In this document: piece by piece, positions 1-9,448 of the stretch
Position numbering within the stretch: the stretch's first letter is position 1
Layout of the letters: every line of letters begins with the position of its first letter
Notes under the pieces: generated by a model
Told to the model about the DNA's origin: nothing
What the model saw: the letters and a program-made list of their open reading frames with translations, nothing else
Databases searched by the model: none
Program-made: the position numbers and the translations under genes
NCBI GenBank assembly: GCA_009695045.1
Contig: SIBS01000001.1
Location: 42,942 to 106,941 of the forward strand
Length of the DNA stretch: 64,000 bases
DNA from: Candidatus Levyibacteriota bacterium
GTDB taxonomy: Bacteria > Patescibacteriota > Microgenomatia > Levybacterales > UBA12049
Reading direction: 5' to 3'

Positions 1-1856
1 ACAAGCGAGTGCTCCAATGGAACATCTTCTGGCATATTAAATCGTGTCATTAATCCCGCAATGGTCTCTCCACCAAAAAGTCGCATAATCTCATCATCAA
101 GAGCAACAAAAAATCTTGAAGCACCAGGATCACCCTGCCTACCCGATCGCCCTCTTAGTTGATTATCTATTCTTCTAGATTCATGACGCTCTGTTCCTAT
201 AACATATAGACCACCAAGGGATACTACTTCATCATGGTTAGCTTGCCATTTTTTCCACTCCTGCGTTTCTAGCTTAGGTCTTCCATCATAATTTAGTGGA
301 GCTTGTCCACCCAGAATTATATCCACTCCTCTACCCGCCATATTAGTAGCGACTGTTACTGATCCTTTTATTCCAGCTTTTGCAATTATTTCTGCCTCCT
401 GTAAATGATTTTTTGCATTAAGAACCTCATGTCGTATTCCTCGTCTTTTTAATAATTCTGAAATTATTTCATTTTTCTCAATTGAAGTTGTTCCCACTAA
501 TACTGGCTGACCTTCTTTATTTGCTTTTGCAATTTCATTGGCAACTGCTGTAAGTTTTGCTCTATGTGTTTTGTAAACTGCATCAACAAAGTCAATTCTT
601 TGCATTTTTGAATTTGTTGGAATTACTACTACATCCAAACCATAAATCTTGTTAAACTCTTCTGCTTCAGTAACAGCTGTACCAGTCATTCCGCCAAGCT
701 TTTCATACAAACGGAAATAATTTTGCAAAGAGACAGTAGCCAAGGTCTTTGATTCTCTCTGGATGGATACTCCTTCTTTTGCCTCAATGGCTTGATGCAG
801 ACCCTCAGACAATCTCCTACCCATCATTAATCTTCCAGTGAACTCATCAACAAGAATTACTTCATTATCTCTTACGATATAATCTGTTTCTTTATGAAAA
901 AGAGTTCTTGCTTTAAGCGCAGCTTCTAAATGATATACAGTATCAAAGTCTTTTTCATATATATTTTCTATCCCATATAATTTTTCGATTTTCTCTATTC
1001 CATGATCAGTAAGATGAGCTGTTTTTAATTTTTCATCTATTTTATAATCTGTATCTGAAGAAAGCTTTTCTACCAAAGTAGCATATTCATAATAACGTTG
1101 GGATGGTTTATCATCTGGTGCAGATATTATATGTGGAGTTCTAGCTTCATCAATTAATACAGAATCAACTTCATCTACTATTGCAAAATGATGACCATTT
1201 TGAACTGTTTCAGATAAATCAGTAGCCATATTATCTCGAAGATAATCAAATCCAAATTCAGAATTAATTCCATAAACTATATCTGCCCCATATGCTTCTT
1301 TTCTAGTTACTGGACGTAAATGCATTAATCTAAAATCACTCGTTGTATCATTTGAGAAAGATAAATCATATAAAAAAGATTGATCGCTAATTATAGATGA
1401 GACTGATAGGCCTAGAAAATGAAATATTGGAGCCATCCATCCCGCATCTCTTCTTGCCAAATAATCATTGACCGTAACAAGATGAACATTTTTACCAGAT
1501 AATGCATTTAAATACAATGCTGGTACCGCTGAAAGTGTTTTTCCTTCACCTGTTTTTTGTTCAGCTATTTTACCACTAGCAAGAACCGCAGAAGCCATAA
1601 GCTGCACATCGTAATGACGAAGACCAATAGACCTAAAAGATGCTTCACGAACAGCAGCAAAAGCCTCAGGAATTATACTATCAATAGATTCTCCTAATTT
1701 AATACGATTCCTAAATTCTTTTGTTTTTTCAATAAAATCTTTTTCTTTGAGTTTTTTAAAATATTTCTCTAAAGAATTTATTTTAATTATAAGCGGAGAT
1801 AGTTTTTTTATCTCTTTTTCATTAGAATCAAAGAGACGAGTGAGGGCTGAAAACAT
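1..1856 (-). CDS. secA: preprotein translocase ATPase SecA (C-terminus runs off window edge)
   Basis: Minus-strand translation from ATG at 1854-1856 gives MFSALTRLFDSNEKE... and continues to ...LRGRSGRQGDPGASRFFVALDDEIMRLFGG at the window edge; these are classic SecA motor-domain motifs. Not in the ORF track because it is truncated. Confidence 0.85.
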   Translation of the reverse strand, partial: MFSALTRLFDSNEKEIKKLSPLIIKINSLEKYFKKLKEKDFIEKTKEFRNRIKLGESIDSIIPEAFAAVREASFRSIGLRHYDVQLMASAVLASGKIAEQKTGEGKTLSAVPALYLNALSGKNVHLVTVNDYLARRDAGWMAPIFHFLGLSVSSIISDQSFLYDLSFSNDTTSDFRLMHLRPVTRKEAYGADIVYGINSEFGFDYLRDNMATDLSETVQNGHHFAIVDEVDSVLIDEARTPHIISAPDDKPSQRYYEYATLVEKLSSDTDYKIDEKLKTAHLTDHGIEKIEKLYGIENIYEKDFDTVYHLEAALKARTLFHKETDYIVRDNEVILVDEFTGRLMMGRRLSEGLHQAIEAKEGVSIQRESKTLATVSLQNYFRLYEKLGGMTGTAVTEAEEFNKIYGLDVVVIPTNSKMQRIDFVDAVYKTHRAKLTAVANEIAKANKEGQPVLVGTTSIEKNEIISELLKRRGIRHEVLNAKNHLQEAEIIAKAGIKGSVTVATNMAGRGVDIILGGQAPLNYDGRPKLETQEWKKWQANHDEVVSLGGLYVIGTERHESRRIDNQLRGRSGRQGDPGASRFFVALDDEIMRLFGGETIAGLMTRFNMPEDVPLEHSL

Positions 1857-1862
1857 ACACAA

Positions 1863-1871
1863 ATTATATCA
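1863..1871 (-). promoter_or_regulatory. candidate extended -10 (TGATATAAT) 6 nt upstream of the secA ATG (possible leaderless transcript)
   Basis: Minus strand reads ...CTATGATATAATTTGTGTATGTTT; TGnTATAAT is followed by 6 nt and then the ATG. No Shine-Dalgarno sequence lies in between. Confidence 0.3.
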
Positions 1872-1878
1872 TAGATAG

Positions 1879-1912
1879 ATAAAAAAAATCCCCCACCAAA
1901 AGATGAGGGATT
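1879..1912 (-). terminator. rho-independent terminator-like hairpin plus U-tract (minus strand)
   Basis: On the minus strand, AATCCC-14 nt loop-GGGATT is followed by TTTTTTTT. It lies downstream of the 22-codon ORF and upstream of the secA promoter. Confidence 0.4.
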
Positions 1913-1930
1913 ACTAAGTAGAATTCTAAC

Positions 1931-1999
1931 TTACTTTTTTTTCTTACTCTTTGATTTAACTACTTTTTTTGAAACTTTCTTCTTCTTTTTTACTGGCAT
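1931..1999 (-). CDS. candidate 22-aa lysine-rich micro-protein (MPVKKKKKVSKKVVKSKSKKKK)
   Basis: ATG at 1997-1999 (complement) is preceded by a perfect GGAGGTG SD with a 6-nt spacer; stop TAA at 1931-1933. Too short for the ORF track. Confidence 0.3.
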   Translation of the reverse strand: MPVKKKKKVSKKVVKSKSKKKK

Positions 2000-2210
2000 T
2001 ATTTTCACCTCCTTTTATGTTGCTATTGTATGCGAACAGATATAAATATCCTGAATTATTTTATTTTTTTTGTCAATATTATTTTGTGCCTCAAAATGAT
2101 TCAGTTAGATTGATAAAACAACAAAAATCATAAAAATATAAATACTAAAAAACACATATATTTAATTATATATGGACTAATTTAAAAATATTATGGCAAT
2201 AAATATTTTT

Positions 2211-2831
2211 CTAATTCCAATTATTAAGATAATTTTCGTATATTGATCTAAATAAACTATCTTTATTAACTAATAAATTATTAATATTTAAATACATTTT
2301 TAAAGATGTAGAATCAAATAAATCTAAAGCTGATTTAAAATTTAGAACGAGTATATTATCATCCAATAACCTACTAACATTAATCCTATCCTTAAGATAT
2401 TTTTTACTAATACTTTTTTTTTGTAATGCATAAATTATATCTGTTGGAATATCTTGGGGATTAGGATAATAATTCGTCATTAACCAATTTGAAAAATCCA
2501 AAATTCTATTCATAAGTTCTGGATTTTTATCTTGCTTATGCCATCCATAATCAGTATTAAGATCATCTATATGATAGAACTCATTATCTCTATCTGCTGC
2601 CTGAGCAATATATTGTCATCTCTGATTAATCAATGATGTAAAACCATAATCATTCATATTTATAGTAGCTTGATCAATCTTATCAATAGCTGACATCGCC
2701 ATAATACAAACTGCATCAAAGCAATCATTATCCATAATATTTTTCTGCTTTATAAATAAATCTGTTAATATATAATTAATTACTCTCAAATCATCTTTTG
2801 CAATAGCTATCTGATTTATTACATTTGGCAT
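2211..2831 (-). pseudogene. hypothetical protein; single 206-codon frame interrupted by one in-frame TGA at 2616-2618
   Basis: The 71-aa (2616..2831) and 100-aa (2211..2513) ORFs are in the same frame. The 102 nt between them translate without stops (QYIAQAADRDNEFYHIDDLNTDYGWHKQDKNPEL). No recognisable family. Confidence 0.4.
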
Positions 2832-2992
2832 TTTTTCCCCATTTTAGCTTCTAAGATTGGTTTATTTCTATAAACTTCATTCATAAATAAGGCTTATTAT
2901 ATCAAATATCACTGCGTATATTGATTTATCAATTAATATAAAATAAATTAGAGAAAATATTATTAATTATATAAATAATTGTAGATCTATGT

Positions 2993-4234
2993 TTATCGAG
3001 GCACTTTAAGAAATATTTTTTCTTTACCCATATATTTCTGTAACACATCTGGAATAACAATCGATCCATCTTCCTGTTGATAATTTTCTAGTATTGCTAT
3101 GATAGGTCTATTCATTGAGAAGGCAGTACCATTTAAAACATGTAGATATTTTTTATCATCTCCATCCTGATATTTCATATTTAATCTTCTAGACTGAAAA
3201 TCCGTTACCGTTGAAACAGAAGTAACTTCACGATAATTATTTTGTCCTGGCATCCACGCTTCCAAATCATACTTTCTAGCCGCTGGAAAACCTAAATCTC
3301 CTGTACACATTTTTACAACCCGGTAAGGAATATCCAATAATTGAAGTAACTTTTCCTCAATTGAAAGGAGGTATTCATGCTCTATATCATCATTCTCCTC
3401 AGTAACAAAAGATACCATTTCTATTTTATTAAATTGATGAACGCGAAAAATTCCTTTTGTATCCTTTCCATAACTACCCGCCTCTCTTCTAAATGCTGGG
3501 GAATAAGCAAAATAGCGCCTAGGTAAATCTTTCTTTTCTAAAACTTCGTCTTTATGCATGGATACTAATACATGTTCCGCTGTGCCAATTAACGTAAGGT
3601 TATCATTTGGTATATGAAACATATCTTTATCTCCATCATTTTCCATATATCCAAGACCCTTCATTACATCTGTCTTTATAAGCACAGGTGGAATAACTGG
3701 TACAAATCCTTCCTTTAACAAAACTTCTAATGCAAGCTGTAATAATGCATATTCTAGCAAGACTCCATCATTTTTAAAATAATTAAATCTGGCGCCTGAA
3801 ACTTTCACTGCACGCTTTACGTCAATAATATCTAATGCCTCACCAAGAATTAAATGGTCTTTGGCAGGAAATGAAAACACTATTGGCTCTTTCCATTTTC
3901 TTAGTACATCATTTTCATTATCATCTTTTCCAACTTTTACATCCGGTGCTGGAATATTAGGTATTTTTAAAAGCTCGCTATATAATTCTTCTTCAATCGC
4001 TCTTAAAACTGGTTCCTTTTTTCCAAGAATATTAGATACTTCCTTACCTTTTTCAATATTTCTTTCCTTAGCATATCTATTTCTTTCTTCTCTCAATTGT
4101 TGCACTTCTAGTGCAAATTCCTTTTTCCGATCCTCAATTCGAAATATATGATCTAAATCAATTTCTATATTTTTATTTTTTGATGATTTTTGCACTATGG
4201 ATTTATTTTCTCGAATAAATTTTATGTCAATCAT
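2993..4234 (-). CDS. serS: seryl-tRNA synthetase
   Basis: 413 aa with an N-terminal coiled-coil arm and a class II core (...RREAGSYGKDTKGIFRVHQFNKIEMV..., ...GTAFSMNRPIIAILENYQ...). Confidence 0.85.
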   Translation of the reverse strand: MIDIKFIRENKSIVQKSSKNKNIEIDLDHIFRIEDRKKEFALEVQQLREERNRYAKERNIEKGKEVSNILGKKEPVLRAIEEELYSELLKIPNIPAPDVKVGKDDNENDVLRKWKEPIVFSFPAKDHLILGEALDIIDVKRAVKVSGARFNYFKNDGVLLEYALLQLALEVLLKEGFVPVIPPVLIKTDVMKGLGYMENDGDKDMFHIPNDNLTLIGTAEHVLVSMHKDEVLEKKDLPRRYFAYSPAFRREAGSYGKDTKGIFRVHQFNKIEMVSFVTEENDDIEHEYLLSIEEKLLQLLDIPYRVVKMCTGDLGFPAARKYDLEAWMPGQNNYREVTSVSTVTDFQSRRLNMKYQDGDDKKYLHVLNGTAFSMNRPIIAILENYQQEDGSIVIPDVLQKYMGKEKIFLKVPR

Positions 4235-4856
4235 AATTGTAAAAACTTAATTCTTTTATAATTATTGGTTTTAATTTATATAATGCTTTTCTCCTGTGAT
4301 TATACTTCTTTTGCTCATTAATTGACAACTGATTTTCATAATAATATTTTTCAAGCTCTAATAAGTAAAAGAAGCTCCTATACGGATATCCTTCCACTCT
4401 GTCCATCATTGGCTCCTTAGTAATTACACCCTCTACTTCACCATCAGTGCTCCAAACTTTTCCATTTGGAAGAGCAAATGAAATGACTGTTTTAAAAAAT
4501 GCTTTCCTATTGTCATCTGGTAAATCTTTGGATATCTTCCTTAAATGATTAATTAATTCCTCATCAGATGCCTCATAACCAAGCCAACGTCTACTTTTTA
4601 CACCAGGCATTCCATCAAGTGCATCAATCTCTAATCCACCATCATCAGCTATGGCAGGGATACCTGATTTTCTTGCATAAAACAACGCTTTTTTTTGAGA
4701 ATTTTTTTCATATGTATCACCATCTTCCTCTACATCATCGACAATTCCCATATCAGAAAGAGAAACAAGCATAAATGGAAGATTATAAAGAATATTTGTT
4801 AACTCTTTAATCTTGCCTTTATTTTTTGTGGCAATAAGAAGTTTTTTCATTTCCAA
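4227..4856 (-). CDS. rdgB: non-canonical purine NTP pyrophosphatase (RdgB/HAM1 family) with C-terminal extension
   Basis: Start LLIATKNKGKIKE and motif ADDGGLEIDALDGMPGV... are typical of Ham1/RdgB. It overlaps the serS start by 8 nt. Confidence 0.7.
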   Translation of the reverse strand: MEMKKLLIATKNKGKIKELTNILYNLPFMLVSLSDMGIVDDVEEDGDTYEKNSQKKALFYARKSGIPAIADDGGLEIDALDGMPGVKSRRWLGYEASDEELINHLRKISKDLPDDNRKAFFKTVISFALPNGKVWSTDGEVEGVITKEPMMDRVEGYPYRSFFYLLELEKYYYENQLSINEQKKYNHRRKALYKLKPIIIKELSFYNYD

Positions 4857-4902
4857 TAGTTTATTTCACAAATACAAGTACTTACGTAAATTTTTGTCAT
4901 AT

Positions 4903-6417
4903 TTAAATCCTAGAGACTTCTATGCAACGCTGTTTTACAAAATTTTTATCTAAAGATAAAAGTAGCCATCCCGCTTTTGGTCCATGATCTTTTCCTATAA
5001 ATGATATATAAATTGCTGCAAATGTATCCTTAGATGAAAGATGTAAATCTTTTCCAATATCATAAAGGTATTTTTGCAAATTTTCCGGATCTAAATGATT
5101 ATCTATCTCTTTTGAGATAATTATTAAAAACTCTTTTTGCTTATCGGATAAGGTATTTACTGTTTTGGGAATTTCTTTTTGAACATTAAACTTTTCTGAT
5201 TCTGATGCATATCTATCAACCCATATTCTTGCAAATCCTGCCCACTTTTCCAAATTTTCTTTTTTAATTTTTTCTTCCATATTTGGCATCTGCACCCACT
5301 GCGCAAGCGTAGCAAAACGAATCGATGAAACTTTTTCCGTAATTCCTATTTGTGAGAGCTCAAATATAAGTCCACCTTCACTTCGTGGATCAATTTTATG
5401 TAACTGCGCAAATCTTTGATAATCATCATAAAGCTTAGGTATAATTTGCGTCTGATAAGGATTAAATTCTATTGCTAGATTAGGTTTTGTTTTAATCATT
5501 AAGAATCTAACCATTTGAGGAGATATTACCTCTAATAATTCATTCGTATTTAATCCTACTCCTCTTGAAGAAGACATTTTTTTACCATCATAAAGAAAAA
5601 ATTCATATGGAACAGGAATTGGTGGCTCTTGACCAAATACATCTTTGCATATTTTTCTGGCAACATCATAGGCTCCCCCTGCTGATGCATGATCTTTTCC
5701 CGCCCCTTCAATTGTCACTCCAAAAATCCACCATTTTGATGCCCATTCAAGTTTAAATGGCATAGTTGCTAATCCATTAAATGGAGATATTTTTCCAATC
5801 CTACCACAACCTTCTGCCCATTTTACTAAACTCTTAGAACATTCAAATTCCACCTCTAATCCGTCCCAACCGGTAACTTTTGTAGTACCAATCTTCCCGC
5901 ATTCTGGACAAATAACTTGCAATGGAAACCAATCCCGTTCAATTGTTTTTTTATAGATATCAGAATAAACTTTTCTTACTTTATCTGCATTATTCAGAAC
6001 ATGTTCAATCGCCTTATTATAAATACCATTTCTATAATAATCCGATGCTAGATATATCTCAGCAGATATATCTAATTTTTTAAATAAGTCTCTCATGATG
6101 TTTCCATAATATTCACCAAAGGTTCCATTACCATCAGGGGAAGGGGCATTACAAATTGGAATTCCCATATATCTCCCATATGATTCTTTTAAATTTTGAG
6201 GAAGACCATCAATTGCATCCATATCATCAAAACCAAAAGTAAATCTAACATCTTTTCCTTGAATTTTGAGAATTCTAGATAATGTATCATGAATTATTGG
6301 ACCTTTTAATCCTCCCATATGAATAATTCCGGACGGCGTCCATGCATCATTTATCAAATTTTTTTTAATTTTCCCTTGTAATAATTCCTCTGCCCAAAAC
6401 ATATTTTTATTATACAA
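4903..6417 (-). CDS. lysK: lysyl-tRNA synthetase, class I (archaeal-type LysK)
   Basis: WTPSGIIHMGGLKGPIIHD (class I LysRS TPSGxxHxGxxRE-like motif), FTFGFDDMD, a Cys-cluster insertion CPECG...C, and KMSSSRG (a KMSKS equivalent). Confidence 0.65.
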   Translation of the reverse strand: MYNKNMFWAEELLQGKIKKNLINDAWTPSGIIHMGGLKGPIIHDTLSRILKIQGKDVRFTFGFDDMDAIDGLPQNLKESYGRYMGIPICNAPSPDGNGTFGEYYGNIMRDLFKKLDISAEIYLASDYYRNGIYNKAIEHVLNNADKVRKVYSDIYKKTIERDWFPLQVICPECGKIGTTKVTGWDGLEVEFECSKSLVKWAEGCGRIGKISPFNGLATMPFKLEWASKWWIFGVTIEGAGKDHASAGGAYDVARKICKDVFGQEPPIPVPYEFFLYDGKKMSSSRGVGLNTNELLEVISPQMVRFLMIKTKPNLAIEFNPYQTQIIPKLYDDYQRFAQLHKIDPRSEGGLIFELSQIGITEKVSSIRFATLAQWVQMPNMEEKIKKENLEKWAGFARIWVDRYASESEKFNVQKEIPKTVNTLSDKQKEFLIIISKEIDNHLDPENLQKYLYDIGKDLHLSSKDTFAAIYISFIGKDHGPKAGWLLLSLDKNFVKQRCIEVSRI

Positions 6418-7746
6418 TTAATTTCTTATAAGAGCATCGTAAATCGCAATTACTGCTTCCTTAATATTATTGTTATTAAAACCAATTATCATACTATTTC
6501 CCTCGGTAGGGTATGTTATTGAGCTTATTTCAATTCCTTTTTTTAATAAATGACTAGACATTTTTGAAAGAATAAATGATGATTTTTTTGAAATATTTTG
6601 ACCAACAATACAGACTAATCCAATATTATTTATAACATTAATTTCATCTGGACACACCATCTCTTTAATTCTATTTATAATTTTATCAGTTTTACCATTA
6701 AGCTGATCTTTATGCGATATAACAGACATCATATCTATGCCAGTTGGATCATGTTCAACTGATACATCATTCTCCTCAAAACATTCCAATATTTTTCCAG
6801 CTATGCCTTTTTCTGAATTCATTCCATTTTTACCTATTTGAATAGAAACAAAACCATCCCTACTAGCAATTCCAATTATAATTTCCTCAGTATTACTTTC
6901 TCTCTTCGCAACAATTCTTGTGCCATCATTGGATGGATTAAAAGTATTTTTTACAATAACTGGTATTTCAAATTCCGCAACTGGAATTATGGCATCCATC
7001 ATAAGTACTCCAGCGCCACGATACGACATTTCTCTCATTTCCCTAAAAGTCATTTCATGAATTGATTTTGCATCATGAATTAATCTGGGATCAGCAGCCC
7101 TAACTCCGTCAACATCGGTCCAATTTTGATATTCATCTGCTTCCAATCCTCTTGCAATAATTGCACCAGTAATATCTGATCCACCTCTTTCAAAAGTTAA
7201 TATAGAGCCATCGAATTTTTTTCCATAAAATCCAGGAATAACGTATGGAATATTTTGTTTTTCTAATTTATTTTTGATAATCTCATAACTAATATTATTA
7301 ACTTGTCTATTTTCATTTAGGATAATTAAATCTTCGGCATCATAAAAAAATCCATCAATATATTTGGAAAATATACGAGCCATTATATTTTCTCCCCTTG
7401 ATGCAATCCAATCTCTTCCAAAGCCACTCTCAATACCTTTGTGTGTCAATTCTAGCCACCTTATCGTATCATTATGCATTTCAAGATCTCTTCCAATATC
7501 TTCAAATTTTTCTATAACCATACTAAAAACATCTTCAAATGGTTCACCTTTATTTACCAACTGACTACAGCGCAACAATGAATCAGTTACCTTAATATCA
7601 TCAAGATTTTTTTTGCCAGGCGCAGATACTACAACCGCTCTCATTTTTTCACTATTCACAATTTTTCCAGACTGAATGATGCTATCTGAAGTTGCCATAG
7701 ATGTTCCACCAAATTTTCCTACAATTGATCGCTCAGATTTTATCAT
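6418..7746 (-). CDS. lysC: aspartate kinase (amino-acid kinase family + C-terminal ACT-like region)
   Basis: KFGGTS near the N-terminus; RGGSDITGAIIARGLEADEYQNWTDVDGVRAADPRLI...MSYRGAGVLMMDAI matches the aspartokinase core. Confidence 0.7.
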   Translation of the reverse strand: MIKSERSIVGKFGGTSMATSDSIIQSGKIVNSEKMRAVVVSAPGKKNLDDIKVTDSLLRCSQLVNKGEPFEDVFSMVIEKFEDIGRDLEMHNDTIRWLELTHKGIESGFGRDWIASRGENIMARIFSKYIDGFFYDAEDLIILNENRQVNNISYEIIKNKLEKQNIPYVIPGFYGKKFDGSILTFERGGSDITGAIIARGLEADEYQNWTDVDGVRAADPRLIHDAKSIHEMTFREMREMSYRGAGVLMMDAIIPVAEFEIPVIVKNTFNPSNDGTRIVAKRESNTEEIIIGIASRDGFVSIQIGKNGMNSEKGIAGKILECFEENDVSVEHDPTGIDMMSVISHKDQLNGKTDKIINRIKEMVCPDEINVINNIGLVCIVGQNISKKSSFILSKMSSHLLKKGIEISSITYPTEGNSMIIGFNNNNIKEAVIAIYDALIRN

Positions 7747-7898
7747 ATAAATAAAAATTTCCCATTAATAACGTGTTTCTTAATTAAAAAGTATCAAAAA
7801 ATACCTTGAATTTATTTATTTTTATTAAAAATGTGTTCATATTATTGACACTATATTATATTGAAGATGTAAAGATATAGAATATTTATAAACATTTA

Positions 7899-8867
7899 TT
7901 AATAAATTATCTGCACTTCTGGATCAGGAGTAAAACCAAATATTTCAATTACTTTTTTTTGAATTAATTCAATAAGTGAATGTACATCGTGAAAAGTTGC
8001 GCCTCCTTTATTTATAATATAATTAGAGTGCTTTAAAGATATCTCAGCTCCGCCCTGACTCCTACCGCCAAGACCTAAACGACCAATTACGTATCCCATT
8101 GCAACTTTATTATGCCATTTATTCAAAACCGTTTCCTGAATATCAGGCCATATTTTTATAATTTTTTCCATTTCATTTTTTTCTATAATATTTTTAAAAA
8201 CTGATCCGCAAGATGGATATTCTATGGGATGATTATCATTTCTATATTGAATATTTCGCTCATACGTAGATCTTGCATCCATTAAATCTTTTAATCCTGA
8301 TTGAACAAGGGAAAAAGAAGCACTAACAACAATAAGTGTCTTTATTTGCTTAATTATGCTTGTTCTATATCCAAATTCCAGAACTTCTTTTTTTATTATT
8401 TTTATATTTAATTCAGGATCAGCCAGATCTAAAATCTCAGCCGATAAACATATATCTTTTATATCATGACCAAAACACCCTATATTTCCTCGTATTGCAG
8501 CGCCTATAGTGCTTGGTAATCCACCTGCCCACTCTAATCCAGTTAATTGATGTTGTAATGAAAAATTAATAAGATTATCTAGTTCGACTGATGCAAATGC
8601 CGTAAGGCGATTTTCATCTTTTGTAATTAATTCATCATTTTTACTGCTTGAATTAAACCATAAAACTGCTCCATCAAAACCATTATCACTTATTAGCAAC
8701 TTTGCACCTAGCCCCATTGGTAAAATTTTTGAAATTTTATTTGATTTAATAAATGTAATCGCTTCAATCAAATCTTTCTTATTATTTATTTTTAATAAAT
8801 ATTTTGCAGGACCACCAATCTTATAATAAGATATTTTTGAAAGTGGGATATTATATTTGATTTCCAT
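7899..8867 (-). CDS. murB: UDP-N-acetylenolpyruvoylglucosamine reductase
   Basis: N-terminal FAD-binding YKIGGPAKYL and a C-terminal ...GGAEISLKHSNYIINKGGAT... MurB signature. Confidence 0.8.
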   Translation of the reverse strand: MEIKYNIPLSKISYYKIGGPAKYLLKINNKKDLIEAITFIKSNKISKILPMGLGAKLLISDNGFDGAVLWFNSSSKNDELITKDENRLTAFASVELDNLINFSLQHQLTGLEWAGGLPSTIGAAIRGNIGCFGHDIKDICLSAEILDLADPELNIKIIKKEVLEFGYRTSIIKQIKTLIVVSASFSLVQSGLKDLMDARSTYERNIQYRNDNHPIEYPSCGSVFKNIIEKNEMEKIIKIWPDIQETVLNKWHNKVAMGYVIGRLGLGGRSQGGAEISLKHSNYIINKGGATFHDVHSLIELIQKKVIEIFGFTPDPEVQIIY

Positions 8868-8879
8868 GAAAAAGCAGTT

Positions 8880-9350
8880 TTAATGAACAGATATTATTTT
8901 ATAAATTATTTTTCCCGCAGGCGCAGATACTTCTATAGATTCACCAACAGACTTACCTAACAATGCTTTTCCAAGAGGAGATTCATAAGATATTTTCTTT
9001 CTTAAAGGATCAGCCTCCCATTCCCCCACCAATGTAAATTCTTCTTTCTTACTATTTCTGTCAACAATTATCATAGATCCTAATTGTACAATTTTACTTG
9101 AACCATTCCTTGAATGGTCTTCTATTATTGTTACTCGCTTTAATAATTCCTCTAGTTCATCCATTCTACCATCGATAAAAGCAAGCTCATCGCGAGCCGC
9201 AGTATATTCAGCATTTTCTGAAAGATCACCCATATTTCGAGCTTGACTAACACGATCCAAAACCACAGGACGTTTAACTTTTAAGAGCACGTCATACTCT
9301 TTTTTTAATTCTTCTTCACCAGACTTTGTAAGATAAATCTTTTTATCCAT
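8880..9350 (-). CDS. greA: transcription elongation factor GreA
   Basis: 156 aa with YLTKSGEEELKKEYDVLL...SENAEYTAARDE coiled coil and a C-terminal FKBP-like domain. Confidence 0.85.
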   Translation of the reverse strand: MDKKIYLTKSGEEELKKEYDVLLKVKRPVVLDRVSQARNMGDLSENAEYTAARDELAFIDGRMDELEELLKRVTIIEDHSRNGSSKIVQLGSMIIVDRNSKKEEFTLVGEWEADPLRKKISYESPLGKALLGKSVGESIEVSAPAGKIIYKIISVH

Positions 9351-9448
9351 ATTTATTAAAATAATTAACTATTTCTATGCGTTTTTATTGTACCGAAAGA
9401 ATATTATATTATATTAATTTTTCTGTCAATATCCTCTAGTATGCACTA

